Positions 34,800-54,475 of a DNA stretch of 64,000 bases are shown here, one piece after another (within the stretch, counting starts at the first letter, position 1; each line of letters begins with the position of its first letter). The stretch comes from the human T2T-CHM13v2.0 reference genome, Homo sapiens. Where the stretch lies: the NCBI RefSeq assembly GCF_009914755.1, contig NC_060935.1; one strand, written 5' to 3'. The notes below the pieces were generated by a model, which saw only the letters and a program-made list of their open reading frames with translations, was not told the DNA's origin and ran no database searches. A program made the position numbers and the translations under genes.

Positions 34800-37560
34800 T
34801 TTTTTTTTTTATTTTATTATTTTTTTTTAAATTTATTTTTTTATTGATAATTCTTGGGTGTTTCTCACAGAGGGGGATTTGGCAGGGTCATGGGACAATA
34901 GTGGAGGGAAGGTCAGCAGATAAACAAGTGAACAAAGGTCTCTGGTTTTCCTAGGCAGAGGACCCTGCGGCCTTCCGCAGTGTTTGTGTCCCTGATTACT
35001 TGAGATCAGGGATTGGTGATGACTCTTAACGAGCATGCTGCCTTCAAGCATCTGTTTAACAAAGCACATCTTGCACCGCCCTTAATCCATTTAACCCTGA
35101 GTGGACACAGCACATGTTTCAGAGAGCACAGGGTTGGGGGTAAGGTCACAGATCAACAGGATCCCAAGGCAGAAGAATCTTTCTTAGTACAGAACAAAAT
35201 GAAAAGTCTCCCATGTCTACTTCTTTCTACACAGACACGGCAACCATCCGATTTCTCAATCTTTTCCCCACCTTTCCCGCCTTTCTATTCCACAAAGCCG
35301 CCATTGTCATCCTGGCCCGTTCTCAATGAGCTGTTGAGTACACCTCCCAGACGGGGTGGTGGCCGGGTAGAGGGGCTCCTCACTTCCCAGTAGGGGTGGC
35401 CGGGCAGAGGCGCCCCTCACCTCCCGGACGGGGCGGCTGGCCGGGCGGGGGGGCTGACCCCCCCCACCTCCTTCCCGGACGGGGCGGCTGGCCGGGCGGG
35501 GGGCTGACCCCCCCACCTCCCTCCCGGACGGGGCGGCTGGCCGGGCAGAGGGGCGCCTCACTTCCCAGTAGGGGCGGCCGGGCAGAGGCGCCCCTCACCT
35601 CCCGGACGGGGCGGCTGGCCGGGCAGGGGGGCTGACCCCCCCCACCTCCCTCCCGGACGGGGCGGCTGGCCGGGCAGAGGGGCTCCTCACTTCCCAGTAG
35701 GGGCGGCCGGGCAGAGGCGCCCCTCACCTCCCGGATGGGGCGGCTGGCCGGGCAGGGGGGCTGATCCCCCCCACCTCCCTCCTGGACGGGGCGGCTGGCC
35801 GGGCGGGGGGCTGACCCCCCCACCTCCCTCCCGGACAGGGCGGCTGGCCGGGGGGGGGGGGGGCTGACCCCCCCACCTCCCTCCCGGACGGGGCGGCTGG
35901 CCGGGCAGAGGGGCTCCTCACTTCCCAGTAGGGGCGGCCGGGCAGAGGCGCCCCTCACCTCCCAGACGGGGCGGCTGGCCGGGCGGAGGGCTGACCCCCC
36001 CACCTCCCTCCCGGACAGGGCGGCTGGCCGGGGGGGGGGGGGGGGGGCTGACCCCCCCACCTCCCTCCCGGACGGGGCGGCTGGCCGGGCAGAGGGGCTC
36101 CTCACTTCCCAGTAGGGGCGGCCGGGCAGAGGCGCCCCTCACCTCCCAGACGGGGCGGCTGGCCAGGCGGAGGGCTGATCCCCCCACCTCCCTCCCGGAC
36201 GGGGCGGCTGGCCAGGCGGGGGGCTGACCCCCCCACCTCCCTCCCGGACGGGGCGGCTGGCCGGGTGGGGGGACTGACCCCCCATCTCCCTCCTGGACGG
36301 GGTGGCTGGCCGGGCTGAGGGGCTCCTCACTTCCCAGTAGGGGCGGGCGGGCAGAGGCGCCCCTCACCTCCCGGACGGGGCGGCTGGCCGGGCAGGGGGC
36401 TGACCCCCCCACCTCCCTCCCGGACGGCACGGCTGGCCAGGCGGGGGACTGACCCCCCCACCTCCCTCCCGGATGGCATGGCTGGCCGGGCGGGGGGGCT
36501 GACCCCCCACCTCCCTCCCGGATGGGGCAGCTGGCCGGGTGGGGGGCTGACCCCCCCCACCTCCCTCCTGGACGGGGTGGCTGCCGGGCGGAGACGCTCC
36601 TCACCTCCCAGATGGGGTGGCTGCCGGGCGGAGAGGCTCCTCACCTCCCAGACGGGGCGGCTGCCGGGCGGAGGGGCTCCTCACTTTTCAGACGGGGTGG
36701 TTGCCAGGCAGAGGGTCTCCTCACTTCTCAGACGGGGCGGCCGGGCAGAGACGCTCCTCACCTCCCAGACGGGGTCTCGGCCGGGCAGAGGCGCTCCTCA
36801 TATACCAGATGGGGCGGCGGGGCAGAGGCGCTCCCCACATCTCAGACGATGGGCGGCCGGGCAGAGACGCTCCTCACTTCCTAGATGTGATGGCGGCTGG
36901 GAAGAGGCGCTCCTCACTTCCTAGATGGGATGGCGGCCGGGCGGAGACGCTCCTCACTTTCCAGACTGGGCAGCCAGGCAGAGGGGCTCCTCACATCCCA
37001 GACGATGGGCGGCCAGGCAGAGACACTCCTCACTTCCCAGACGGGGTGGCGGCCGGGCAGAGGCTGCAATCTCGGCACTCTGGGAGGCCAAGGCAGGCGG
37101 CTGGGAGGTGTAGGCCGTAGCGAGCCGAGACCACGCCACTGCACTCCAGCCTGGGCACCATTGAGCACTGAGTGAACGAGACTCCCTCTGCAATCCCGGC
37201 ACCTCAGGAGGCCAAGGCTGGCGGATCACTCGCGGCCAGGGGCTGGAGACCGGCCCGGCCAACACAGCGAAACCCCGTCTCCACCAAAACCAGTCAGGCG
37301 TGGCGGCGCGTGCCTGCAATCGCAGGCACTCGGCAGGCCAAGGCAGGAGAACCAGGCAGGGAGGCCGCAGTGAGCCGAGATGGCAGCAGCACAGTCCAGC
37401 TTCGGCTCCACATGAGAGGGAGACCGTGGGGAGAGGGAGAGGGAGACGGAGAGGGAGAGGGAGAGGGAGAGGGAGAGGGAGAGGGAGAGCGCTCACATCT
37501 TCTATCTGTCCAAACTGGGACCGAGTCCTCGGCCTCGGAGGCTCCACGCTCCCTCTTTCC
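34800..37560 (-). mobile_element. Full-length SVA (SVA_F-like) with 5' extra sequence
   Basis: Poly-A ~34800-34843, SINE-R ~34845-35340, GC-rich VNTR ~35340-37070, Alu-like ~37070-37427, (CCCTCT)n 37428-37489; perfect 17-bp TSD AGGATAAACTTTTTCTT at 34783-34799 and 37561-37577. Confidence 0.97.
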
Positions 37561-37920
37561 AGGATAAACTTTTTCTTAAAGTGAAGAGAATGTTTTTATT
37601 ACATATTTTTCTTCTGAAAAGATAGACTGTATTTTCTAGCAATTACGAATTTGTTATATATGATGATCTGGTTCTCGGAACATTCTTGAATCTAGTGTCT
37701 CTAAGGCAGGTGTGTACAGCAAGAAGTGAATAACACAAAAATCAATGATGAAAGAATTATAAGACAATTGAGTTTGTCACAACTGCAAAATATTGCTGAG
37801 TGTGGATTGCTCTGAAATCTGAAAACATTACTTGTGAATTGCTTATATCCAAAATGCAGACACAGTGCTGGGTGTTGGTGTGCTTGTTTCTGATTTTTCA
37901 ACCCTCTTTTCTAGGCCAAA

Positions 37921-38869
37921 GGTGTCCAAACTATACAGACCCACAGAATCTAACAACAGATGTCTCAATATTCCTCGTCCTAGAACTCTCAGAGGATCCA
38001 GAACTACAGCCGGTCCTCGCTGGGCTGTTCCTGTCCATGTGCCTGGTCATGGTGCTGGGGAACCTGCTCATCATCCTGGCCGTCAGCCCTGACTCCCACC
38101 TCCACACCCCCATGTACTTCTTCCTCTCCAACCTGTCCTTGCCTGACATGGTTTCACCTCCACCATGGTCCCCAAGATGATTGTGGACATCCAATCTCAC
38201 AGCAGTCATCTCCTATGCGGGCTGCCTGACTCAGATGTCTCTTTTTGCCATTTTTGGAGGCATGGAAGAAAGACATGCTCCTGAGTGTGATGGCCCTATG
38301 ACCGGTTTGTAGCCATCTGTCACCCTCTATATTATTCAGCCATCATGAACCCATGTTTCTGTGGCTTTCTAGTTCTGTTGTCTTGTTGTCTCAGTCTTTT
38401 AGACTCCCAGCTGCACAATTTGATTGCCTTGCAAATTACCTGCTTCAAGGATGTGGAAATTCCTAATTTCTTCTGTGACCCTTCTCAACTCCCCCACCAT
38501 GCGTGTTGTGACACCTTCACCAATAACATAGTCATGTATTTCCCTGCTGCCATATTTGGTTTTCTTCCCACCTCGGGGATCCTTTTCTCTTACTATAAAA
38601 TTGTTTCCTCCATTCTGAGGGTTTCATCATCAGGTGGGAACTATAAAGCCCTCTCTGCCTGTGGGTCTCACCTGTCAGTTGTTTGCTTATTTTATGGAAC
38701 AGGCGTTGGAGGGTACCTCAGTTCAGATGTGTCATCTTCCCCCAGAAAGGGTGCAGTGGCCTCAGTGATGTACACGGTGGTCACCCCCATGCTGAACCCC
38801 TTCATCTACAGCCTGAGAAACAGGGATATTAAAAGTGTCCTGCGGCGCCTGCACGGCAGAACAGTCTAA
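37921..38869 (+). pseudogene. OR7E14P: Olfactory receptor family 7E pseudogene
   Basis: Motifs [62 protein letters not shown]; frameshifts near 38148, 38203, 38270 and 38297. The symbol rests on recalled position next to RPS13. Confidence 0.85.
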
Positions 38870-38885
38870 TCTCAATATCTTATTA

Positions 38886-39237
<352 letters not shown>

Positions 39238-39249
39238 GCAGCAAGGTCA

Positions 39250-42200
39250 AATATCAATAATATCACAGGGTGAACACCCACTGTGATATTAGGAGTAATA
39301 CCTCCCTAGGATATAAAAAATACTATCACAGAGTGTACACACGGGGTATACCCACTGTGATATTAGAAGCAATATCTCCCTAAAATATTATGAAAAATAT
39401 CACAGGGTGTGCATACACTGTGATACTAGGAGTAATATTTACCCTGGATATTAAGACTAATATCAAGGGTGTACACACACGGGGTATACCCACTGTGATA
39501 TTAGGAGTTGTATCTCCCTAGGATATTATGAATAATATCACAGGGTATACGCCATGTGTGTAAATCCACTGTCATATTTGAAGTAATATCTCCCTATGAG
39601 ATTACAAATAATATCAAAGGGTGTACACCCCCTGTGACATTAGAAGTAACATCCTTCTAGGATATTACAGATAACATCACAAGGTGTACACTTCTGTGAC
39701 CTTTTGTACACTTTGTACACCCTTTGTGACATTAAAAGAAACATCCCCCTGGGATATTAAGAATAATATCACAGCAGGTATACACACATGGTGTACACCC
39801 CATGTGACATTAGGAGGAACATCCCCCTAGGATATTAGGGATCGTGTCACAGGCATTGAATACATATGGTATACACCCCCTGTGACATTAAAAGTAACAT
39901 CCCCCTAGGATATTACGAATAATATCACAGGGAGTACACCCCGTGTGACATTAGGAGTAACATCCCCCGAGGATATAACGGATAATATCAGAGGGTGTAC
40001 ATGCATTGTGACCTTAGTAGTAATACCTCTTTGGGATATTACAAATAATATCACAGGGTGTACACGCATTGTGACATTAGTAGTAACATCCCACTAGGAT
40101 ATTACAAGTAATATCACGGGGTATACACGCCCTGTGACAATAGGAGTAACATTCCCCTAGAATATTACGAATAATATCACAGGAGGTACAGCCCCTGTGA
40201 TTTACAAGTAACATTTCTATAGAATATTACAAGTAATATCACTGTGTGTACACCCCATGTGACATTAGGAGTAATATCCCACAAAACTATTACGAATAAT
40301 ATCACAGGGTGAACACCCCCTATGACATGAGGAGTAACGTAGTTTTAGGATATTATGAATAATATAATAAAGTGTACACACCTTGTGACGTTAGGAGTAA
40401 TATCCCTCTAGGATATTAGAAATAATATAACAGGGAACACACCCCCTGTGACAATAGGAGTAACATCCCCTTAGGATATTACGAATAATATCACAAAGTG
40501 TACATGCATTGTGGCATTAGTACTAATATCCCTCTCATATACTATGAATAATATCACAGGGTGTACATCCCTGGGACATTAGGAGTAACATCCCCTTAGG
40601 ATATTAGGAATAATGTCACAGGGAGTATACACCCTGTGACTTTAAAAGTATCATCCCCCTGCAATATTACGAATAATATCACAGGGTATTAACCCCCGTG
40701 ACATGAGGAGTAACATCCCTCCAGGATATTAGGAATAATATGGAGTCCTAGTTTTGTAAGATATTATGAATAATATCACAATAGTGATATTATACACATA
40801 GCGTGTACACCTACTGTGATATTAAAAGTTATATATCTCCCTAGGGTATTGTGAATAATATCACAGTGGGTGTACACACATGGTGTGAAGTAATATCTCC
40901 CTGGGATATTATGAAAAATATCAAAGGGCGTACCCTGTCTGTGACATTAAAAGTAACATCCCTTTTGGATATTCCAAATAATATCACTGGGTGTACACCC
41001 CCTGTGATATTAGGAGTAGCATTCCCATAGGATATTCCAAATAATATCACAGGGTGTACACCCCATGTGACATTAAGAGTAACATCTTCTCAGGATGTTA
41101 GGAATAACATCACAGGGTGTACGCCCCCTGTGACTTTAAAAGTAATATCCCCCTAGAATATTACAAATAATATCATGGGTGTACAACCCCTGTGACATTA
41201 GGAGTAATATCTCTCTAGGATATTATGAAGAATATCACTGGGTGTACACCCTCTGTTATATTAGGAGTCACATCTTTCTAGGATATTATGAATAATATCA
41301 CAAGGTGTATACCCACTGTGGTATCTGGAGAAATATCTCCCTAGGATATAAGGTATCATATCACAGAATGTACACACATGGTGTACACCCACTGTGATAT
41401 TAGAAGCAATATCTCCCTATGATATTATGAAAAATATCACAGGGAGTACACTCTCTGTGATATTAGATGTAATGTTTACCATGGATATTACAAATAATAT
41501 CACAGTGTGTACACACATGAGATACACCTGCTATGGTATTATTTGTACTATCTTAGATATAACTCTCTAATATAATACAGAGAGATATAACTCTGTAATA
41601 TCTCTAAGATATTACAAATAACATCACAGTGGGTGTATACATAGTATACATAGTGTACACCCACTGTGATATTTACAGTAATATCTCCCTATAAGATTAC
41701 AAATAATATAGAAGGGGGTACACCCCCTCTGACCTTAGGACTAACATCCTTCTCGATATTATGAATAGTATCATAAGGCGTATACCCCCTGTGACATTTT
41801 GTACACCCTCTGTGACATTAAAAGTAACATCCCCCTAGTATATTACAAATAATATCAAAGGTGGTTTACACACATGGTGTACACTTCCTGTTACATTAGG
41901 CATAATCTTTTTCTGTGATATATGAATAGTATCACAGAAGGTGTACATACATCGTGTACACTGCATGTGACATTAGGAGCAACATCCCCCTAAGATATTA
42001 GGAATAATATCACCAGGGTTGCATACACCTGGTATACTCCCCCTGTGAATTTAGCAGTAACATCCTCCTAGAATATTACGAATAATATCAGAGGGGGTGT
42101 ACACACATGGTGTACACACCTTGTAAAATTAGGAGTAGCATCTGTCTAAGATATTATGAATAATATCACAGAATGTGTACACACATGGCATATACCCCAT

Positions 42201-44795
42201 GTAATGTTAGGAGTAACATCCTTCTAGTATATTAGGAATAATAGCACAAAGGTGTTCACACATGGTGAACAGCATATGTAATATTAGGATTAACATCCCT
42301 GGAGAATATTACAAATAACATCTCAGGGGGTGTGCACACACGATGTACATGCCCTGTTACATTAGGAATACATTTCCCTGAAATATTACGAGTAATATCA
42401 CAGAGGGTACACCTTCTGTGACATTTGGAGTAACGTCCCCTAGGATATTATGAATAATATAACAGGGTGTACATCCCCTGTGACATGAGTAGTAACATCT
42501 TTCTAGGATATTGTGAATAATATCACAAAATGCACATCCCCTGTGACATTAGGAGTAACATTCACCTAGGATATTATGAATAATATCACAGGGAGTACAC
42601 CCTGTGTGACAGTAGGAGTAACATCCCCTGAGGATATAACGAACAAATACAGAGGGTGTACGTGAATTGTGACATTAGCAGTAGCATCCATTTAGGATAT
42701 TACGAATATTATCACAGTGTGAACACCCCCTGGAACATTAGGAGTAACATCCCCCTACAATATTGGGAACAATATCACATGGTGTACACCCCCTGTGACA
42801 TTAGAGGTAACATTTCTTTAGGATATTACAAATAATATTACCAGGTGTAGATCCCCTGTGATATTAGGAGTAACATTTCCAAAAAAATATTACGAATAAT
42901 ATCACTGTTTGTACACCACGTGTGACATTAGGAGTAACAGCCCCCAATACTATTATGAATAACTTCACAGGGTGTACACCTCTGTGACATTAGGAGTAAC
43001 ATCTTTCTAAATTATTATGAATAATATCGCAAAGTGTACACCCCCTGTGACATTCGAAGTAACATCCACCTAGGATATTAGGAATAATATCACAGGGAGT
43101 ACACCCCCTGTGACATTCGAAGTAACACCCCCCGAGGATATAACAAATAATATCAGATTGTGTACATGCATTGTGACATCAGTAACATCCCTTTAGGATA
43201 TTATGAATATCATCAGAGTGTGAACACCTTCTGTGACATTAGGGGTAACATCACCCTACAATATGGGGAATAATACCACACGGTGTACACAGCCTGTGAC
43301 ATTAGTGGTAACATTTTTTCATGATATTACGAATAATATGACAGGGTGTACAGCCCCTGTGATATCAGGAGTAACATTTCCAAAAAACATTACAACATTA
43401 CAAATAATATCACTGTTTGTACACCATGTGTGACGTTAGGAGTAACATCCCCCAAAACTATTATGAATAACTTCACAGGTTGTCCACCTTCTGTGATATT
43501 AGGAATAACATCTTCCTAGAATGTGAAGAATCATATCACAGGATATACACCCCCGTGACATGAGGAGTAACATCATTCTAGGATATTACGAATAATATAC
43601 CAAGGTGTACGCACTTTGTATGGTAGGAGTGACATCCCCCTGGGATACTACGAATCATAGCACAGAAAGTACACCCCCTGTGACAATAGGAGTAACTTCC
43701 CCTTAGGATATTACAAATAATATCACAAGGTGTACATGCATTGTGACATGAGTAATAATATCCAGCTAGTACACTGTGAATAATATCACAGGGTGTACAT
43801 ATTTGTGACAGTAGGAGTAACATCCCTCTAGAATATTATGAATAATATCACAGGGTATACACACCCTGTGACTTTAAGAGAATTATCCCCCTGGTTTATT
43901 ACAAATAATGTCACAGGGTGTTAACCCGCTGTGACAATAGGAGTAATATACTTCTAGGATATGATGAATAATATCACAGTGTGTACACCCACTGTGATAT
44001 TGAGTCATTTTTCCAAAAATATTACAAATAATATCACAGGGTGTACACCCATAGTGTACACCTACTGTAATATTAAAAGTTATACCTCCCTAGGATATTG
44101 TGAATAATATCACAGGGTATATGCCCTGTGTGTACACCCACTGTGATTTTTCAAGTAATATCTCCCTAGGATATTACGAATAATATCAAAGGGTGTACCC
44201 CATCTGTGACATTAAATGTAACATCCCTTTAGGATATTCCGAATATCACAGGGTGTTACATCCCCTGTGACATTGGGAGTAGCATCCCCATAGGATATTC
44301 CAAATAATATCACAGGGTGTACACCCCATGTGACATTAAGAGTTACATCTTCCTAGGATATTACAAATAACATCACAGGGTGTACACCTCCTATGATTTT
44401 AAAAGTACCCACTTAGAATATTACAAATAATATCACAGCATGTACACCCCTGTGACATTGGCAGTAACATCCCCCCAGTATATTACAAATAATATCAAAA
44501 GGTGTACACACATTGTGACATTAGTAGTAGTATACCGCTAGTATGTTGTGAATAATTATATCAGGGTGTAGACACCTGTTACATTAGGAGTAACATCCCC
44601 CTAGAATATTACCAATGATATCACAGGGTGTGCACCCTTTGCGACTTTAGAAGTATCATCTCCCTAGAATATTAACGAGTAATATCACCCCCATCTCCCA
44701 CAATGGATATTACGAACCATATCACAGGGGGGTGGACACCCCCCACAATATGGCGAGTAATATCACCCTACTCTCCCCGCCTAGATATTACGAAC

Positions 44796-44797
<2 letters not shown>
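39250..44797. repeat. SATR2-like satellite array (~60-70 bp units) ending in ~2 SATR1-type units
   Basis: Tandem GGATATTACGAATAATATCACAGGGTGTACACCCCCTGTGACATTAGGAGTAACATCCCCTAG; unit type switches at ~44675. Confidence 0.9.
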
Positions 44798-48063
<3,266 letters not shown>

Positions 48064-48198
48064 TGAACCCTCTCCTCAGTGAGTGATTGTGTGAGTCCAG
48101 GCAGTGCTTCTCAAACTTTAATGGGCATCAGAATTCCCTACAGTTTGTTAAAATACAGATTCCCTTCCCTTGATTGTGTGGTTCTGTATGAGGCCTGA

Positions 48199-48426
<228 letters not shown>

Positions 48427-48502
48427 TGATTCCGTTGAAGGAAGTTCCAGACTACACTTTGAAAAATGCTGCTCTAAGAGAATATGTGTCTGGAAGTTCT
48501 GA

Positions 48503-48770
<268 letters not shown>

Positions 48771-49710
48771 TAAACTCCTGACCTCGTGATCTGCCTGCCT
48801 CGGCCTCCCAAAGTGCTGGGATTATACGTGTGAGCCACTGTGCCCGGCCAACATGTGTATAACATTTCTAGAAAAATATGCAAAAAAACATTGTTAGCTT
48901 CTGAAAAGGAGGCTAGAAGTTCTGGTGTACGGGTAAGACCTGTTTTATATTTTAAAAAACTTTAATATTTTTTTCACCTTAAGCATGTACTACTTTCTTA
49001 GTTTAGAAACATTTAGCACATTGCCCAACAAAGAGTAGGTGCTCAGTAAGTAAAAGTTATTTTCTTTTTTGTCCTCTACCCAAACATTTGCTGCCCTTTC
49101 TCTTCCTCATTTCCTCCCCACCAGCAGTATTCCCATTCATGTCTTTGATTAATAAATATCAATGGAATACATATCATGTGCTAGGCACTGTTCTAACAGT
49201 ATAGCTGCATACACACAACAGACACAGTTCTTGCCTGCAAGGAGCTTACATTCTAGTGCTCTCTTGTCCCCACCTTGGCACATTTTGATTCATGAATTCC
49301 TGCCTCCTTAGCTTTGTACAGGCCATGCCCTCACACAAACCTAAAGTACCCTTTCCAACTCCCCTCCTTCAGAACAGTACCTAAATTCTCCCTGAAGCTT
49401 TCCCTGAACCCCAGTGACATCCCCATGGGAGGCTTGATGGGAGCTCTGGACCAGGCTTCTGCTGCCCTCTGGTGGGGCTTCCTGGTGGCTCAAGGGCCAG
49501 TGCCCTGGGGACCTCTACTCTAGGGCCTGCCTCTCTCCACCTGGCATCTACGCAGTCTTGGGTGGGCCAGGCCCAGGGGATCTGTGTACGCAGAGTACAC
49601 TGACTTCCCTGGACCTGGCTCAGACGTATGATCTGTGTGTCCCTAACTCTGAGCCAGACTGTCCCTAAAGGCCACAGTCTTTGTAGAGGCAATGCGGTAT
49701 GGGACAGTAA

Positions 49711-49983
<273 letters not shown>

Positions 49984-50562
49984 TGACTAATTTTTGTATA
50001 TTTAGTAGAGACAGGGTCTCACCATGTCCCTGTGCCCAGGCTGGTCTTGAACTCCTGACCTCAAATGATCCACCTGCCTTGGCCTCCCAAAGTCCTGGGA
50101 TTACAGGCATAAGCCACTGCACCTGGCCTTATCCTTTCTTTTATTCTTTGTTTTTATCTTGTGCCAAAAGCAACTGATACTCTTACAGAAACGTCAGAAA
50201 ATAGAAACATGCAAAAGAATGATTCAAACAAATCCCATAATCCCACCTAGAGACAATTTCTTTTCACACCTGGAGCAAGAACAAAGAGGAAAGGGCAACT
50301 AGGCCAGGAGCCAGGAGGCCTGGACTCTAGTCCTTGTCATCCCTCCCACTGTGTGACCCTGAGCAAGTCCCTTCTTGGAGTCTAACTCACCCATACACAA
50401 AATGAGGACTGAATTAAGTACCTACTTGGTTTACTCTTCTGTGATTCTAAGTCAGGGGTCCCAATCCTAGATGCCTTTTAAAAATACAGATATCTGGTTC
50501 CCCACTCCCAACCCACTCCCCATCCTAGCAGATTTCTGCTTTCCCAGACAGAGCTCAGGAAT

Positions 50563-50563
50563 C

Positions 50564-50615
<52 letters not shown>

Positions 50616-50648
50616 CCTACCTACCTACCTACCTACCTACCTACCTAT
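50563..50648. repeat. Compound (TCTA)n(CCTA)n tetranucleotide STR
   Basis: Direct reading. Confidence 0.95.
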
Positions 50649-50697
50649 GTATCCATCTCTTCTTCTTCCCTTTCTGGAGTAAAGGAATCAATTTTTA

Positions 50698-51058
<361 letters not shown>

Positions 51059-51148
51059 CTAGAGTGTAGTAGTGATCTTCCTGCAGCTTTGATCTCCCAG
51101 GCTTAAGCAATCCTCCCATCTCAGCCTCCTGAGTAGCTGGGACTATAG

Positions 51149-51406
<258 letters not shown>

Positions 51407-51781
51407 TGATCCGCCCACCTCGGCCTCCCAAAGTGCTGGGATTACAGGTATGCGCCACCGCACCTGGCCTAATTTTTTTATTTTTTGTTGAGACAGAGTC
51501 TTACTATTTTGCCCAAGCTAGTCTCACACTCCTGAACTCAAACGATCCTCCCACTTCAGCCTCCCAAAGTGCTGGGATTACAGGCATGAAGGAATCAGTA
51601 TTTTAGGATGGGCACGGTGGCTCATACCTGTAATCCCGGCACTTTGGGAGGCCAAGGCTGGCGGATCACTTGAGACCAGGAGTTTCAGACTAGCTTGGCC
51701 AACATGATGAAACCCCCTCTCTACTAAAAACACAAAAATTAGCCAGGCGTGGTGGCATTCACCTGTAGTCCCAGCTACTCA

Positions 51782-51910
<129 letters not shown>

Positions 51911-53099
51911 TCAGTATTTTAGGCCAGGAGCAGTGGCTCACACCTGTAATCCCAACACTTTGGGAGGCCGAGGCAGCAGGATCACCTGAGGTCAGGAGTT
52001 CGAGACTAGCCTGGCCAACATGGTGAAACCCCATCTCTACTAAAAATAGAAAAATTAGCCGGGTGTGGTGGTGGGTGCCTGTAGTCCCAGATACTCGGGA
52101 GGCTAAGGCACGAGAATCACTTGAACCCAGGAGGCAGAGGTTGCAGTGAGCTAACGCCACTGCACTCCAGCCTGGGCAACAGAGTGAGACTCGGTCTCAA
52201 AAGGAAAAGAAATCACTATTTTTAAAAGTCTTCTGGGAGTATCCCAGTGAATGCCTCCTGGTCAAGAAGCATTGGTGGATATCTTTCTAGATATTTGTAT
52301 GTTTGTGCATAATTTTTTTTAACAAAACTGGAATTATTGTATATATGTTAATATATTGAGGTACATTTCATACCTTAATTTAAGCAGCCCACTAATCAGT
52401 TAGGCAGTTCCAATTTTGTACTATTACAAATATTGAAAAAACAGTAAAAGTGGGCTAAAAAACAAATTACAAATAATTAGGGAAAACCCCTGAAAAGTTC
52501 AGGAAAAGGACAAAAATGCTTAAAAACTCTTAAAGCATTGAAAATTGCTTGATAAAGCATGAGAATGACCAACATTATATATATTTAAAAAAACAACAAC
52601 TGGGAAATACTCATTTTCAATCAAATCATTGTTTCAATCAAAATGTTGTATTCACCAGAATGCTTTCAGAAAAATTGCTTTCAGTCCAATCATATGCTTC
52701 TGTGGGAGGCAGCCAGCAAGAGCTTCCTTCCAGCTCCCACGAAGTCCTTGGAAAAGGTTTGGGATCCCCACTGCCAGCAGTTCTAACTGGGAAATAAACA
52801 TCAGACCAACCGCTGTGCATGTACCCAGCAAGGATCTGCTGATTATCTTATGTGCCAGGCTCTGTGCTGGGCACTGGGAATATGAGGCAACCAAGACAGT
52901 TTCTGCCATCCTCCCCAACAGGGGCTCACAGTCCAGTCTGGTAGGGCAGACAGACACATCCACAGGTAATTCCAGTACAGGCTGAGATGAGATGAGAGCA
53001 GGGAGGCATGGCAAATGGGGAAAGGCAAGTGAAAGCTTCTGCCCTGTCCCTCCAGCAGCCGTAGGACCATAGAAACACAGCCTCTTTCTCCTCAACAAA

Positions 53100-53790
53100 A
53101 TGTTCTCCTTACTTTTGCTATGAAACAAATTACCCCAAAAACCTAGTGGTTTAAAACAATCATTTGATTATGCTCAAGGATTCTGTAGGTCAAGAATTCA
53201 GGGCTAGGTGCAGTGGCTCATGCCTGTAATCCCAGCATTTTGCGAGGCCAAGGCAGGATAACTGCTTGACCCCGGGAGTTTGAGACCAGCCTGGGCAACA
53301 TAGGGAGACCCCTGTCTCTATGAAAGAAAAAAAAAAGAATTCAGATAGGGTACTACAGGAATGGCTTCTCTACTCCAGAATGTCTGTAGTCTCAGCTGGG
53401 AAGATTGAGTGGCTGGGGCGACTCAAAGGCTCTGGAGGCAGGTATCATGTGGAGGTATCTTCACTCAGGAGCCTGGTGGTTAGCGCCGGCTGTCACATGG
53501 GACCTCCACCATGGCTGTTTTCCAGAGCACCCACACATGGCCGAGGCTTCCTCACAGCATGGAGGCCTCGGGGTGGGCCTGCACAGCAGCTCAGGATCCC
53601 AGACATGAGTGTCCCAGGCAACAAGGCATTTTCTGCCCTGGTCTCGGAATTCCTCAGGTGTCACTTCAGCTGAATTCTATTGTTACAGCCAGCCACAGCC
53701 TGCCATGTTGATAGGGAGAGGAATTAGACACCACATCTTGATTGGAGAGCAGTAAGGTTCAAGAAGACAAGTGGGACAGATTTTGTTGTG
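53100..53790. mobile_element. MLT1 (MaLR) LTR with FLAM insertion (~53200-53337)
   Basis: ACAAATTACCCCAAAAACCTAGTGGTTTAAAACAA..GATTCTGTAGGTCAAGAATTC. Confidence 0.6.
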
Positions 53791-53945
53791 GTCATTTTTT
53801 TTTTTTTTTTTTCCAGAGACAGGGTCCCTCTGTCCCAATCATAGCTCACTGCAGCCTCAAACTCTTGGGTTCAAGCAATCCTCTCACCTTGGCCTTCCAA
53901 GTTCTGGAAAAAAAAAAATCTAGCTAGCTTTTTTATTTTTTGTAG

Positions 53946-54050
<105 letters not shown>

Positions 54051-54244
54051 TGAATCTGGCCTGTTGTGGTCATACAGTCTACCACACCCGAGGTGGACCC
54101 AGGCACACCATTTACTGCCAGGAGGGCAGGCCTGAGAGGGGCCCAGCTGGGTGCAATGGAGGTAAGATGGGAAAGAAGCTGGACTCTTCTATCCTTAGGC
54201 AATTTCATGTGACCATGGCTTCACTTTCTGCTCCTCCATGATGA

Positions 54245-54475
<231 letters not shown>

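Noticed and set aside
35307-37584. Long Pro/Gly/Arg-rich ORFs
   Set aside because: Translations of the SVA GC-rich VNTR and Alu-like domain.
37800-38869. Intact olfactory receptor
   Set aside because: At least four frameshifts split the 7TM frame into two partial ORFs.
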